Under the pieces are notes generated by a model. The model saw nothing but the letters and a program-made list of their open reading frames with translations, did no database searches and was not told where the DNA came from. Below are positions 43,771-57,893 of a DNA stretch of 64,000 bases, one piece after another (within the stretch, counting starts at the first letter, position 1; each line of letters starts with the position of its first letter). Where the stretch lies: assembly GCF_009914755.1 (NCBI RefSeq), contig NC_060925.1; one strand, 5' to 3'. A program made the translations under genes and the position numbers. Origin of the DNA: the human T2T-CHM13v2.0 reference genome, Homo sapiens.

Positions 43771-44699
43771 TGATACTTTTAGAAGAGTTTGAGGCAGGGA
43801 AGTGAAATCCATTAATTAAGAGTGCAGTTTGGTATGTTTTAGAGCTCAATGCTTTGTCCTCTGTCATCCTTCTACTGCATCCCTTTCTTCGTTTCCTCAC
43901 TTCAACTTTTTAGTAAACTTGTCTGAGGCATTAGCTTTACTCTTACGCATTTTGCTCCCCTGCCTTTTTGTTATAAATATTATCATGGCATGAAACAAAA
44001 AGCCTGTTATCTGCCTTTCCATGATCACTTTGCTGACACTGTTTCAGCCACAAGTAAACCTAGCAACTCTATGAATAGCAGGACAGACTTGAATGTGGTG
44101 TGTGTGCAAGGAAGTTATTTAACTTTCTTAATCTTAAATGCCACCAGAAAACATTCTGCTCCCTGTTACTTCTTTTTTTTTTTTTTTTAAATTACTTTGT
44201 TTTGCGGTAAGGAGTTGGGGAATGTGTGGTGGCAGGGAAGTAATGTAAGTTGCTTTATAACTCACTGTCTAACAAAGTTTTGAAAATTTGTCTGATATGT
44301 AATTAGGTACTTTAGGGTTATTAGGTTTTCATAAAAATTCTGGTTAGGGCTCTTGCCCTGCTCCCAATGAAAGCCTTTCCACAGGGCAAATATAAAAGAG
44401 AGAGTAGAGGGAATCCCCCTGAGGTTTAAATAAGTCAAACCAGTAAGTAATAGTGCTAAGTTTGTCAGTGCCTCTCTTTCTTACTGTACTTAACATCTAA
44501 AGGGCACCTCATTTATTTTCAGCTAATTATGTTCTTTATGAGTGACTGTCAAATCAGGGAAGGGTGTGACGATCATGTGGAGATACCTTTTCTAATTAAT
44601 AGCTGCCTTGCTCCTCAAGATTCTGATGAATGTTGGGAAAGGAAAAAAGTTGAGGTGCAAACAATGTGAGAAATTTAATAATTGAGAGATACTTAAATT

Positions 44700-45163
<464 letters not shown>

Positions 45164-45169
45164 GAAGGA

Positions 45170-46075
45170 TTAGATGATGTTGAAGGTGAAGCCTGCTATA
45201 GGGGCAGGCAATCGACATCAGTTAATCTTTTTCGTATTCTAATTGCAGGAGACCGATGATTAACAGCAAAAACAATAGCCAACGCCATAGACATTTCAGC
45301 TGGTTCATTTTACACAATTCTGACTCTGCTCAGTGGGTGCCAAAACTGTTGCTCCCAGATCAATTGCAGACAAGAGCAGAGCTTTCACTGGAAATTTCAA
45401 ACAGGTGGGATCAACATTCTGAAGGATTTCTTTGAAGAATTTTAACAATAAATGAACATGGTTTTACCAGTACATCCTGAAGACAAAGTACAATCAAATC
45501 ACTGGCTACCAAGAGTTGGAAGTGAGAGCAGAAGCAGACTGATCAAGAACAAAGGTCATGGCAACACTTTTTTTGGGATACGCAAGGCATTTTGCTCGTT
45601 GACTTTTGGGAGGGCCAATGAATGCCAACATCTGCTTATTGTAAGAGTATTTTAAGAAAGTTAGCTAAAGCTTGAGCAGAAAAATGCCTAGGAAAGCTTC
45701 ACCAGAGAGTCCTTCTCCACCATGATAGTGCTCTTGCTCATTCTTCTCATCAAACAAGGTCAATTTTGGGATAGTTTTGATGCACATTTATTAGGCATCC
45801 ACCCTACAGTCCTGATTTGGCTCCTTCTGACTTTTTTATTTCTTAATCTTAAAACGTCTATAAAGCGTATCCATTTTTCTTCAGTTAAAAATGTAAAAAA
45901 GACTGCATTGACATGGTTAATGCAGGACCCTCAGTTCTTTAAGGATGGACTAAATATGTGTTATTATTGCCTACAGGTGTCTTGACCTTGATGGAGCTTA
46001 TGTTGAGAAATAAAGTTTATACTTTCTATTTTCATCTAATTCCATTTTTTCCACAAACTTTTTGGAGTCCCCTTG
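45170..46075 (+). mobile_element. Hsmar2-like mariner, 3' portion with decayed transposase
   Basis: Mariner motifs WVPKLL (45334) and HPPYSPDLAPSDF (45796-45834); terminal TTCCACAAACTTTTTGGAGTCCCCTTG followed by TA. Confidence 0.88.
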
Positions 46076-46331
46076 TATTTCCAGAATACTTGTGAATGGC
46101 TTTTTCAAATTAATTTGGCCTAAATATTATCCCAATTTATTAACCTTAATTGGAGAATGTTGAAAATCTTGTCTCTTCATAAAAAAAAAAAAAAAAAAAA
46201 AGCCATTTCCGAATACGTAGTAGCTGAATTCCTAAGGCTAAACTGAGAAATTCTGTAGTTTAACTACTTGATTTACCTATTATAGCAATTATATAAAGTA
46301 TAGAAAAGAAATAGCATTTTACATATACTAT

Positions 46332-46706
46332 TGTATTAGTCCATTTTCATGCTGCTGATAAAGACATACCTGAGACTGGGCAATTTACAAAATAAAGAGG
46401 TTTAATTGGACTTACAGTTCCATGTGGCTGGGGAAGCCTCACAATAATGGTGGAAGGCAAGGAGGAGCAAGTCCCATCTTACATGGATGGCAGTAGGCAA
46501 AGAGAGAATGAGGAGGATGCAAAAGTGGAAACCCCTGATAAAACCATCAGGTCTCATGAGACGTATTCACTAACACGAGAACAGTATGGGGAAACTGCCC
46601 CCATGATTCAGTTATCTCCCACCAGGTCCCTCCCACAACATGTGGGAATTATGGGAGTTCAATTCAAGATGAGATTTGGGTGGGGACACAGAGACAAACC
46701 ATATCA
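46332..46706 (-). mobile_element. THE1 (THE1C-like) solo LTR
   Basis: TGTATTAGTCCATTTTCATGCTGCTGATAAAGACATACC...AAACCATATCA; TSD ACTAT/ACCAT. Confidence 0.93.
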
Positions 46707-46932
46707 ACCATATGAACTCTTTGGGTCTGTAGAATAAATAGCTATTGTTTTTTAAATCTAGCATGATCCCAGTTAGCTAGGATTGCTAATATAAAAGAAA
46801 TAAAGATAGTGAATATGAAATTAATTATCCAGATTTTCAGTTCATAGATTTTTATGTAAACCACTGTCCTTTTGTAGCTCTGTATTTAATTAAGCATTTC
46901 CTTCTGGTAAGATAGTTTTCTTTCAAACAGAG

Positions 46933-47472
<540 letters not shown>

Positions 47473-50400
47473 TGAAAAGATAAGACAACCAGAAAAGAAA
47501 AGGTGTCCCTGATGAGATATATTTAAACTGAAACATAAAGGTCTAGTCCTATCCCTGCAGTGAGAATAATATGTTCAGAGCTTTAGAAGAAGAAAAGCTT
47601 GACAATTTTGAGAACTAATTGAAGGCTTTTATCCTTTAATTAGATGTAGTGGGGATAAGATTGGAAAGGTAAGTAGGAGCCAGATCTTAAGGGCCTCTGA
47701 GGTTGTGACATTTATTTGTATTTAATTTTTAATGTAGTTGAAACCATTGGAGAGTTTAAATCCACAAGGGCTATAATTCTGCTTTCCAAAATTTTGAGAC
47801 AGTAAGCTGCAGTTAACTTCCGTGGAGGAATTTATTTTTCTCTTGTTATTCAGAGTCTTAGAATCTAATGTTTATTAGTTTCAGGATTTTATTCTTTTTT
47901 CAAAAGCCAGAGAATAAACTTGGGTAGAAGGGATCCATGTAGATCTATGATTCTTCTCAGTAAGAAACTTAAAAATAACTGCAGGGTCTGAGACAGAACT
48001 TTCCCTTCTCTGTTTTGCTTCTGCTCGCAGAATTGAAGTTATATTTTCCTCTGTCCTCTTTCTCCCAATTACTGCATTTTTAAGGAAGTTGGGGATTGAG
48101 CATTTGAAGTTAGTTCTACTGTCTCCCTCTGTTGTTTTTCTGTGGAGTGTGGCACCGTTTTTACTGTGCTGAAGCAGATTTTCTGGAACATTTCTAAGGC
48201 ACATACAATCCCAGCTGCTTTTTTTCTGTTGGTGCTAAGAGAAGTCTATTGCCTATGCCTCTGTCATCTGAGGTATATAGTAGGACATAATATTGGGCAC
48301 TAATTTATTAGCAAAGCTGTTAACTTTTAAATGACTTTTTAAAAGTTTTGGAATTTCATTTCACAGAATGAAAAATTTTGTCAGTGGTTTTAGGAAGAAA
48401 GCCTCAGATGCTTACTGACGCTTTCAAATGGTCAACAAAAAGTAGAGTTAAAGATTTTGTGAAATGATTTGTTTGTGGCCAAAGAAATCATGATTGTGAC
48501 TCAGATGATTTAGTTAAATGTATACCAAATAACTTTTTTTAAACTGTGGAAGAATATATAAAGAATCTAATGTTGGTACTGTTTTTAGTCGCCATTTCTG
48601 CGTCATATTTTATAGAGATTGTTCTTACTCTAGTGAGGGTGATTTAAAGGGCAGGTGTTCTGGATTGCCAAAGGCATTGTGGAAACAGAGATGCTCTCAC
48701 TTCTTTCCTGCTCAGTGCTTTCCAGAAGCTGTCAGGAGAAGTGCCACGTGTATTTTCTACCTTCTGTTAGCTATGCAGAAGGAAGAGGAAGAAAAATATT
48801 ATATTTTTGGAAACTTGAGTTAAGAATTCAGATTATTATGGGAATAGAAAAATGGTGATGAGATGTCTTTATTTGACTGCACAGGGAGAATTGTTTGGAG
48901 TCTGAAGATCTTTTGGCTACCTTTATAAAAAAGAATAAAAATTGATAACCATGCTTAAAGTCATGAGCTGATTCTCCTGAAGTTCCCTGAAATAGTCATA
49001 TGAATGATATCATATACTTTTGTACATTGTTGTCATAATGGATATTCTTTTATACCACATATTAATATATCTCAAATGTAAAAGTTTTACATAAAGTACT
49101 TTTTCAGAATAGTTTCATGAATTAGAACTGATTTTATCATACACACTAAGGCATCATAGACAGCACTGTGTTGGTCTCTCTTCATAACAGAGAGATTATA
49201 TGTATAAGCCATATAACCTTGAACGAGCTGTATAACCTCTTTCTCATTTCTCTCATCTCTAAAATGGTATGAAAATGCCCTATTTAATTTGATTCTGAGC
49301 TGCATACATTTTTTTCACATTCTAAGGGCTCTGAAATCAGGATACATGTTTGTGATTGCTGTATTTTACTATCAGTCATGTGACAGTAGACATGAAGTTA
49401 TATGAAAATTGTTAATTTATACCTTTTGGTATGGTCACTGCATCTGATCATCCGAATGGAGTTGATGATAGTACATACCTCGAAGGACTTTTGTGAGTAT
49501 CAAATCAATTTATATATATAAGGTAGTTAGAACAGTTCCTTCCATCTAGTAAATGCTATTTGTGTTAGCTATTTTTAATATTAGAAATATAACAGTGATT
49601 GGCTGATTTATTTATAATTTTAAGATTATATAATACCCTTTGTCTGTGGACCACAAAGCATGTTTTATTGGACATTTTGAAAAAGAAAGGTAAATTCCTT
49701 GTTGTTATAGATATATAATAAATACAAAGTAGAGAAGATTACTGGTTAGAAGAGGTAATTGAGGGTGGTAAAAGTAGAATGTCTTCTGTATTTAATGTAA
49801 GATGTAAGTTTCTGCTATACATATTTCTGGTATTAATGTTAGGGAGTGGATTTTAATAAAAATATCTAGTGGATCTCAACTTTTTGGAAGAATTGTTAAT
49901 CTCTAGTGGTATATACTTTCTGTTTAGATTTCTTTCTCTCATGGGAATAAGGGAACTTTTTTCTGAGAGGACCATATTTGTGAAAAATGGAGCATTTCAG
50001 TTTTTGTTCTAATTGTAATTTTCAGATGATCTACACTAAATCTAATAGATTAGTGTTATAATTATTCATTATCTGATTACAGCTATAAACTTTTTACTTA
50101 CCCTTTTATTGATGTATATACTGTTTCTGACTTAAAAGTGGACAATTTCAGAGTGATAACAGTGTTTTTGAATTTTTAAAAGTTACTCCTTACTATTACT
50201 CCATATTCTTAACTTTAATTCCCAATATGGCACAGAGTTATTGACAAAATATTTTCCATTTTTTACCAAGAGTCGGAAAGTTACCTATGATAGGTGAAGA
50301 AACTGCAGGGAAGTTATTTATTTATTTATTTGTTTATTTATTGGTACTATACCACATGAACTCCATGTTGTAATTATCATATAAAATTGTCAGTTGTCAT

Positions 50401-50854
50401 AAGTTTTTTTTTTAACGTGGATTTTTCTAGGGTGATTTCCTTTGTAGTAAATTAGTGATAAAATTATCTAAACACCCTATTACCTTTTATGGGAATGAAA
50501 TGTACACAAATTTTGATATTTCATGATAAAAAGTCAGGGTACCTTTTAATGAGCTCCTCTTTGTGAAAACCAGAGCACTTTATATGTGCAGTTGTATTTA
50601 CTTTGCTATACATAATGTTTTTCTTTTTATAAATACCCTTTTAAAAGTTTGTCTTATTCTTTCCTCTACTTTTTAATGCTAAGAGGTGAAAGAACTTGTC
50701 ACCTTATTGGTAAATGTCAGAATTTTGAACCCAGTTCTATATTATTCTAAAACCTATGAAAGCAGATTGGAAGTTTAAAATTTGAATCACTGTCTTTTAA
50801 GACTAGAGCAGTGTTTCTCAATCTTTTTTTCATTATTGCTCCTCCAAGGACAGT

Positions 50855-51445
50855 TTTTGTTTTTTAAAATAGACTTCATTTTTTAGAGCAGTTTGAGATT
50901 TACAGAAAAATTGTGCAGAAAATACAGAGAGTTCCCAAGTGCCACTCTCCCCCAACCACACATAATTTCTTCTATGTTAGTTTGGTACATTTGTTGCAGT
51001 TGATGAACCAATATTGATGCGTTATCAGTTTACATTAGGTTTCTGTCTTTGTATTATACAGTTCTATGGTTTTGACAAATGCATAATGCCATATCTCTAC
51101 CATTACAGTATTATATAGGATAGCTTACTGCCCTGAAAATACCCTGTGTTTCTCCTCTTCTTCCATTCTTTCCTCCCCCTGAAACTCTGTCAATCACAGA
51201 TATGTTTACTGTCTCTATAGTTTTACCTTTTCCAGAATGTCACATGGTTGGAGTCAGACAGTATGTAGCCTGGCCTTTTTCGTTTAGCAATATGCAGTTA
51301 AAAGTTTCCTCCATGACTTTTTGTGGCTTGATAGCTCATTTAAAAAAACCAGTGAATCTCCATTGTGTTGGATGTACCACAGTTTATACATTTAGCTGTT
51401 AAAGGACATCTTGTTTGCCTCCAGTTTTTCATAATTTTAAATTTG
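50855..51445 (-). mobile_element. L1MC-like 3'UTR fragment
   Basis: TTTTTAGAGCAGTTTGAGATTTACAGAAAAATTG...GATGAACCAATATTGAT...CCTTTTCCAGAATGTCA. Confidence 0.82.
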
Positions 51446-51505
51446 TGAACTCCTCACATGTTTTACTTGAAAAGCAAAATCCTAAGAAGTCCTTTAGACC
51501 CCCAG

Positions 51506-51861
51506 TGTATTCGGTAATTTTTGCATTGCTATAAAGAAATACCTGAGACTGTTAATTTATAAAGAAAAGAGGTTTAATTGGCTCATGGTTCTGTAGGCTA
51601 TGCAAGCATGGCACTGGCATCAGATTCTGGTGAGGGCCTCAGGAAGCGGAAGGCAGAAGGGCAGCAGGCACATCACATGGCCAGAGTAGGAGCAAGAAGG
51701 AGTGGGGGAGGCACTACATACTTTTTAAACAGCCAGGTCTTATGTGAACTCAGAGCGAGAGCTCACTTATCACCAAGGGAATGGTGCCAAGCCATTCATG
51801 AGGATCCACCCCTGTGATCCAAACACCTCTGACCAGGCCCCATCTCCAACACTGGAGACCA

Positions 51862-51894
<33 letters not shown>

Positions 51895-53801
51895 TTTTTT
51901 TTTGCAGTTGCAAGATTGAATAGAGTGAAAACAGAGCTCCCATACAATGGGAGGGGACCCAAAGGGGGTTGCCCACTCCCAGCTCGAATGCCTGGGGTTT
52001 ATATCCCAATCATTGCCCCTTCCTCTGTGCTGTCAGGCGAGAGATGATTTATTTCTTTACCTCCTGTTTTTAGACTAATTGGTATTTTAATGAGCTCTCT
52101 TTACTACCTGATTGGCCAGATGTGAGCTGAGTTACAAAAGTCCTGTGTTTAAAGGTAGGTGCAGTCACCTTCCCCACCTAAGCTTAGAAATTGTTAGTCG
52201 GCCTAGGAAATCCAGCTAGTCCTGTCTCTCAGTACCCCCTCTCAACAGGAAAACCCAAGTGCTGTTGGGGAGGTTGGCCGTCGACTGCTCCAACTGCTTC
52301 CTGCTTAATTGGAGCATAGTAGGGGTTGTGCATTTGAGATTTCCTCGGGAGGAGTGCCTTCGATGTCATTAACATCGGAGCATGGGCTAGCAGGCTGGTC
52401 CAGGGATCCGCGGTAGATCTTAGTCATGGACTGCATCTGGGGCTCCATTTGAAGAACGATGTGTTGTTTTACAGCTTTGATTCTGGAAGAGACAAACTTA
52501 ACAAGGAGGTTAAAGATACAGGGATTGAAATGTATGGCCTAAAGTGCAGGGGCATATGGGTGTAGGTGGTGAAAGTGGGGTTTCCTTTAGAAAAACCCCT
52601 ATACGATGGGGCGTCAATATTTCCGGGAAGCTGCATTCTCCATAGGAGCTCTTGGTAAGGGGAGCTACTGGTAGTACAGCAGCATGGAGGAGGTGCAGTG
52701 AGAGTGAAAGGGGGTAAGAGAACAGTAAAAAGAAAAATACAACAAGGGAGGGCCACGAGGATCTACGATTCTAGTTACTTTCCTCAAGGTTGTTGCTTGA
52801 AGAGCAGGCGCAGATCCTCTAGAGATTCACAGGAATAGCTAGCACTGTCGCCTGGATTTTTGGGTTCCTTTGGCAGTATCCAGGGTTTGACTCGAGTGCG
52901 ATGTATCCAAGACTCCACTCCAGCCACTTTAACTGCGGTTGGGGTAGATAAAATGACTGGGTAGGGTCCTTCCCAGGATGTGTCTAGGGATGGGAAGTTA
53001 GAGGGAAGGGACTTGACTAATACCATGTCACTAGGGTGGAAAAATTCCTTTCCCTCCTCTTGGGGACAGGTTCCCTGTAATGTTTTAAGAACTTGTTGAT
53101 ATTTGGCTAAGGAGGTGATGTCTGCAACTAAGTTGGCTGTCTCTTGGTCAAGCACAAGGTCATTGGTTAGGAAGGGCTGTCCATACAGCATTTCGTATGG
53201 GCTAAGTCCTGCTCTTTGGGGAGAGTTTCGGATTCTTAGTAAGGCTAAAGGCAACAGAGCAGGCCATGCAAGGTGGATTTCTTGGGTTAGCTTTTTTAGA
53301 TGTTGTTTGAGTGTTTCGTTCATTTTCTCGACTGTTCTTGAGGATTTTGGCCTCTAGGCGCAGTGTAAGTGATACTGTATGCCTAATGCCTGGGATACTC
53401 CCTGGGTTACTGCAGCCTTGAAAGCGGGGCCATTTTCACTCTGTAAACCTCGGGGAAGTCCGAATCTGGGAATTATTTCATGAATTAGTGCCTTTATTAC
53501 CTCTTGGGCCTTTTCTGTCCTGCAAGGGAAGGACTCCGCCCAACCAGTGAAAGTATCTACCCAGAATAGTAGATACTGAAATCCCTGAGATTTGGGCATG
53601 TGGGTAAAATCTAGTGCCAGTCTTCTCCTGGGTAATGGCCTGTTCTTTGTTCTCCTGAAGGAGCTTAGTGATAAGGCAGGGGATTATTTCTTTGGCACGC
53701 TTCACAGGCCCTGACTGTCTGCTTGATAGTTTTGAAAAGGCCTGACTGGAGACCGCATTTCAACATGAGATTTGGAAGGAACACATATTCAAACCGTGTC
53801 A
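51506..53801 (-). mobile_element. MST (MaLR) solo LTR split by HERV-W (parts 51506-51862 and 53745-53801)
   Basis: TGTATT...AAATACCTGAGACTG...; end CAACATGAGATTTGGAAGG..AAACCGTGTCA; TSD CCCAG/CCCAC. Confidence 0.88.
51863..53744 (-). pseudogene. HERV-W (HERV17/LTR17) processed pseudogene: partial integrase, deleted env, PPT, U3-R, poly-A
   Basis: Integrase ORFs 53354-53599 and 52784-53323; syncytin-like leader (V)ALPCCIFLFTVLLPPFTLTAPPPC from 52756; LTR begins TGAGAGACAGG at 52231 and ends at R (...GCAACTGCA) in poly-A with no U5; TSD ACTGGAGACC(A/G)C at 51851 and 53745. Confidence 0.95.
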
Positions 53802-53811
53802 CCCACCATTA

Positions 53812-53960
53812 AATTTTAATATCATAGATGTAATGTATGTTTATTTATAATGTATATTATTTATATATAGATGTAATGTATATTTAATTATCTTTGATAA
53901 TTTTAACATAGATGTAATATATATTTATCTATAATATCATAGATGTAATGTGTTTATATT
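53812..53960. repeat. AT-rich degenerate minisatellite, 4 x ATAGATGTAAT core
   Basis: Core recurs about every 40 bp. Confidence 0.8.
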
Positions 53961-54139
53961 TATGGGCTTTGGAGGGCCATAAACCATTTTCATGGCTAAG
54001 ATTTTTACATTCCTGAAGAACCAATATTTGCCCTATTGTGAGTGATACTACCTTCATTGAGAATGCGTGGAAGATAGATTTTTAAAAAGGGTGTTTTTTA
54101 TTCAGGCCTTTGCTGCAATTTTTTGAAGCAGATTTAAAA

Positions 54140-54510
54140 AAAACCCCAAATCATTAAATTAACTTGCCATTGTAGATCTATATGAATTTATATGGAAAGA
54201 TTCCCAAGATACTTTAGGGGACTAAAGCAAATTGCAGAATAATTGATAGAATATGTTAACATTTATGTAAACGAATTATACCTAAAGAACCAAATATATG
54301 GTTCTACATATGCATCAGTGTATGCAAATGAATAGAAAAAGATATACACGAGATTGGTAAGTGTAAGCCCTCTGATGCAACTGGGATTGGGAAGTGGGGG
54401 TGGTTAAAGGATAATTTTGCTTTATCTCTATTGTTTGGGTTTTTTTTTTTTTGACAAGTAGAATACATTCATGTATTACTTATACAATTAAAAATAAATT
54501 TTCAAAAGAG
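54140..54510 (+). mobile_element. Old L1ME-like 3' end
   Basis: ATGGAAAGATTCCCAAGATA...AAAGCAAATTGCAGAAT...CATGTATTACTTATACAATTAAAA. Confidence 0.55.
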
Positions 54511-54689
54511 AAAGGGAAACCTGAAATGGAGGCAGTCAAGTATCTAAAGCAAAACCAAAAACACCTATCATTGAACCTATGATGAATGAAAGAAATGAAG
54601 TTTCCTATATAGGTGGTTATGTCATAAGTGTTATATCATAAGTGGTGTTATAGTATCATTATTACCTACTATCAGGAATAATTTCTTTT

Positions 54690-55262
54690 CACTCTCTCAT
54701 TATTCTTGTCACTGTTGAATGTCTCAAGAGTTGTGTGTGTATTCAGTTTCTATTTCCCTCTCTGTCTCATTTACTGACTCCAGTCTGACTAATGCTCTAA
54801 TATGCTCTTGAGAAGTCACCATGAACTCCATGTTGCTGAGCCCAGTGGACACTTTCTGTCCTCCTACTTAACCTCTCTGCACAGATAGATTCCGTACAGA
54901 GAGAAAGTTGATCACTTCCTCTCTTCTCAGCTTCTCTGACACCAATTCTGTATTTTTCTTCTACCCCTTTGGCTAATCTTGATTTTTAAGACACTTTGTG
55001 GGCTAACAAAACATTCTGTGGAATGAGTTCAACATATATTACAATTTCCCCTTTTTAAAAATCATGTTATTCTGTTTCATTTACAGCTCTTCACATTCTG
55101 TATTGATTTTTAAAAATATTTTAAAATTGTTTCTCTTTCCTCCACTTTGAAAGCTTTATGAAAGAATAATTTCTGTCTATTGCCTAATACTGTGTATCAT
55201 CACTGTGCTTGACACGTAGTTGGTAATCTCTAAGTATTTGAGAAGCAGTGAGTTAATTAATA
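54690..55262 (+). mobile_element. L2 fragments
   Basis: AAGTCACCATGAACTCCATGTTGCTGAGCCCAGTGGACACTTTCTGTCCTC; 3' end CACGTAGTTGGTAATCTCTAAGTATTTG. Confidence 0.6.
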
Positions 55263-56264
55263 TTTGCTTTTTTGACTTTTTTAGGTTATTTAAGTATTTT
55301 TGACATCTCTTTTTGGGAATGGGGTAAAAGAATTGTAGAGGAACTATTAAATGACCAGTGTAAACCATTGTTTGTAAATGGTTGTGTAATATGACTTTGG
55401 AATAATGCAGTTAATGGTTATCAGTTTAAGTAATCACTATTCAGTTTTGATAAGAAATGTGCTTTAGTCTTTTTCTAAATCATTCTAGGAGATTTGCCCA
55501 TGGATTTATACATAGCAACTATACACATATATTTTAGATGACCAGAAAAATTTAGTGCTTCTTCACAGCTGTCAGCTGGAATAATTGCGTACTCATACAA
55601 CAGGAGTTAGGTTAGAACTGCTATTATTTAGTATCCTTTTGCTATTACCTGATGTAGTAAGTTTAACATCTTTGTAAAAATATGTTTTAAGTTCTGGGCC
55701 ATTGATTTTGAAGTGGGAAATAAATGAATGCTGTTGTTTTTTCATGTCAAAATTACCAAAAAGCTCTATGGAAAGTTATTTTATAGCAAACACAAGGGAA
55801 AGGTATTTTCCAGAATGAGTTTTTTACAAATGGATAGTGATGTTTTCTGTAATACTTAAGTTTAGAAACATATATCACATGACAAGTCCATTGTTTATTC
55901 AAAAAACAAATAGGCATTTGACTCATTTGGGACTGTAAAATCTTCAAAAATATGCCAGAAAACTAAAAAATGTAGAAAAGAGGATTTTTTTTGTTTTGTT
56001 TTTAGCCCCCAGACCACCACTTTTTATAGTAACTTATTTTCTAGTGTCTTAAAAAATAAGGGCTTTTAAGGAAAGAGAGTATTTCTCTTAAAGTTAATTT
56101 TGATAGATATTTATCTAGATGCTTTCTTTTTTCCCTTGCCATAATAGCTGGCTTGTAGAGAGAGTTATGTTTGAAAAGGCTTGCCTTTTTTCCGTCGCTC
56201 TGAGCAGGATTATGTTAGGGCCCAAATAGTGACTTTGACAAAAAAAAAAAAAAAAAAGGGGGAG

Positions 56265-56720
56265 TATATTAGTTTTAAGTTTGACAGCATAAAACAAAAC
56301 TCAAAAATAAAAGTGGCTTAAACAAAATAGAAGTTTATGAAAGAAGACTGGAGACAGGTAGGAACGGGTAGTCATTAAGGACCAGTTTCCTCTTCTTCCT
56401 ATCATCATCTGGCATGGCCAGTTGACTTTATGGACAACTGTGCCTACAGGACCTTCTGCCATTGCATCAGTATCCTTAGGTAGCAGCAAAGAGGAAGTGG
56501 ATCAATGACTCCACCCTTCAGTTAAGCCAACTACCTATAAGTGACTTTCCCAGAAAGTCCCACACATTTGCACCCATTAGCCAAAACTCACACACATAGT
56601 CATACCTAGCTATAAGGGAAACTGGAAAACTAACCTAGATGAATTGCTACTCCAAATCAAATTGGGGATCCATTATTGAGGAAGGAAGAGAGTGTGTATT
56701 GGATAGGAAAATAGCATTCT
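56265..56720 (-). mobile_element. Old MLT1 LTR (J/K/L-like)
   Basis: AGTGGCTTAAACAAAATAGAAGTTTA...CATTAGCCAAAAC..CACATAGTCATACCTAGCTATAAGGGA. Confidence 0.6.
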
Positions 56721-57893
56721 CTTCTATAGTGAGAGAAGTAATAGTTTTTGTTTCTACTGAGATATGATAGGTAATTCTGCAAATTTTATTGATTATTGCA
56801 AATTTTCAGTATATTTTCCATTAGCAAGGTGTCTTTTATAAATTCCTGTTGGAAAAAACACAGACAGTTGCCATGGACTTGTATTCAGAGGGCTTTAAAA
56901 AGGTACTTCTGGAAAATAATACAGATTATACTTTGATTTTTCACAACAGAGAGGAATGGTTGTCCTTATTTACTTGTTATATTCAAGCTCTGTAGTCCTA
57001 AGAGGATTTTGAGTTTATCCTTTGCAAACTGACGTAGGCGAAGCCTTGCAGGCTTTATTTAGCCTGTATAATGCTTAACACTTATAGTCAGATTGCATTC
57101 TTTGTTTTCTTATGTTCAAAAATAATTAGAGAAATTTTGGGATATATAAATTATTCCATGAGATGCTCAAAAAATACTGGTTGCGGCCATTTTTGCGTGT
57201 AATCATGCTGTTTTCAAAGCTGTTACAGGTTTTATTACTGAGATAACTTGGAAAACATCTTCTTGTCTCATTCTATTATTCTTAGGTGATTGAGCAGGAA
57301 ATGTTTATGCAGCTTTTATAATGGTGACTTCTTGGCTGAGTATGTGTGCCTGCTGCTGTCTTTGGCATTTGAATAATGAATTAACATGTAGGTGGCCATG
57401 GGAAGGGAATGTTATGAATGGACTTTGCCTATGCTTTTTTTGGTAGCAAATTATATTTGCTATAAGATTGCTGTGCCATACCATTATTTCTTCAACTATT
57501 AAAAGCTATTAATTTTCACTGTGATGGATGGCAGCAACCTTTTCCACATCAACTTGGTCTCAGCAGGTGTATGTCAGGCTAACCTGCAGGTGGAGATGTC
57601 TATATAAAGGGTTGGCGTGAATGCCAAAATTACTTAATAGCATAAAATGTTTCCTTTTAGCAGTAGCCTTTGGCTGTTTCTCTCTTAAGACTGGTTCATT
57701 TATTTCATACAACTTGAATAATTTCTGAGGTTACAGATTTTAACTGTAATTAAGTCTTTCTTAAAATTGGTTTTGTCAGTGTAGATACTTGTGGTAGATA
57801 ATCGTTTTATTTTGAACTTTTATATTTAGAGGATTGAATATTTTAATTGTCTTCATCTCTATCTTCTATTCTGCCCTTTTAAAGCTAGTTTAT

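Larger units (their letters stand above)
50809..54069. mobile_element. hAT-Charlie-family non-autonomous element, split by L1, MST LTR and HERV-W
   Basis: Left end CAGTGTTTCTCAATCTTTTTTTCATTATTGC after GACTAGAG; right end AAGAACCAATATTTGCCC...CATTGAGAATGCGTG; subfamily not assigned, right TSD degraded. Confidence 0.55.

Noticed and set aside
52784-53599. Intact integrase gene
   Set aside because: Split by stop and frameshift, 5'-truncated, no promoter on its 5' side
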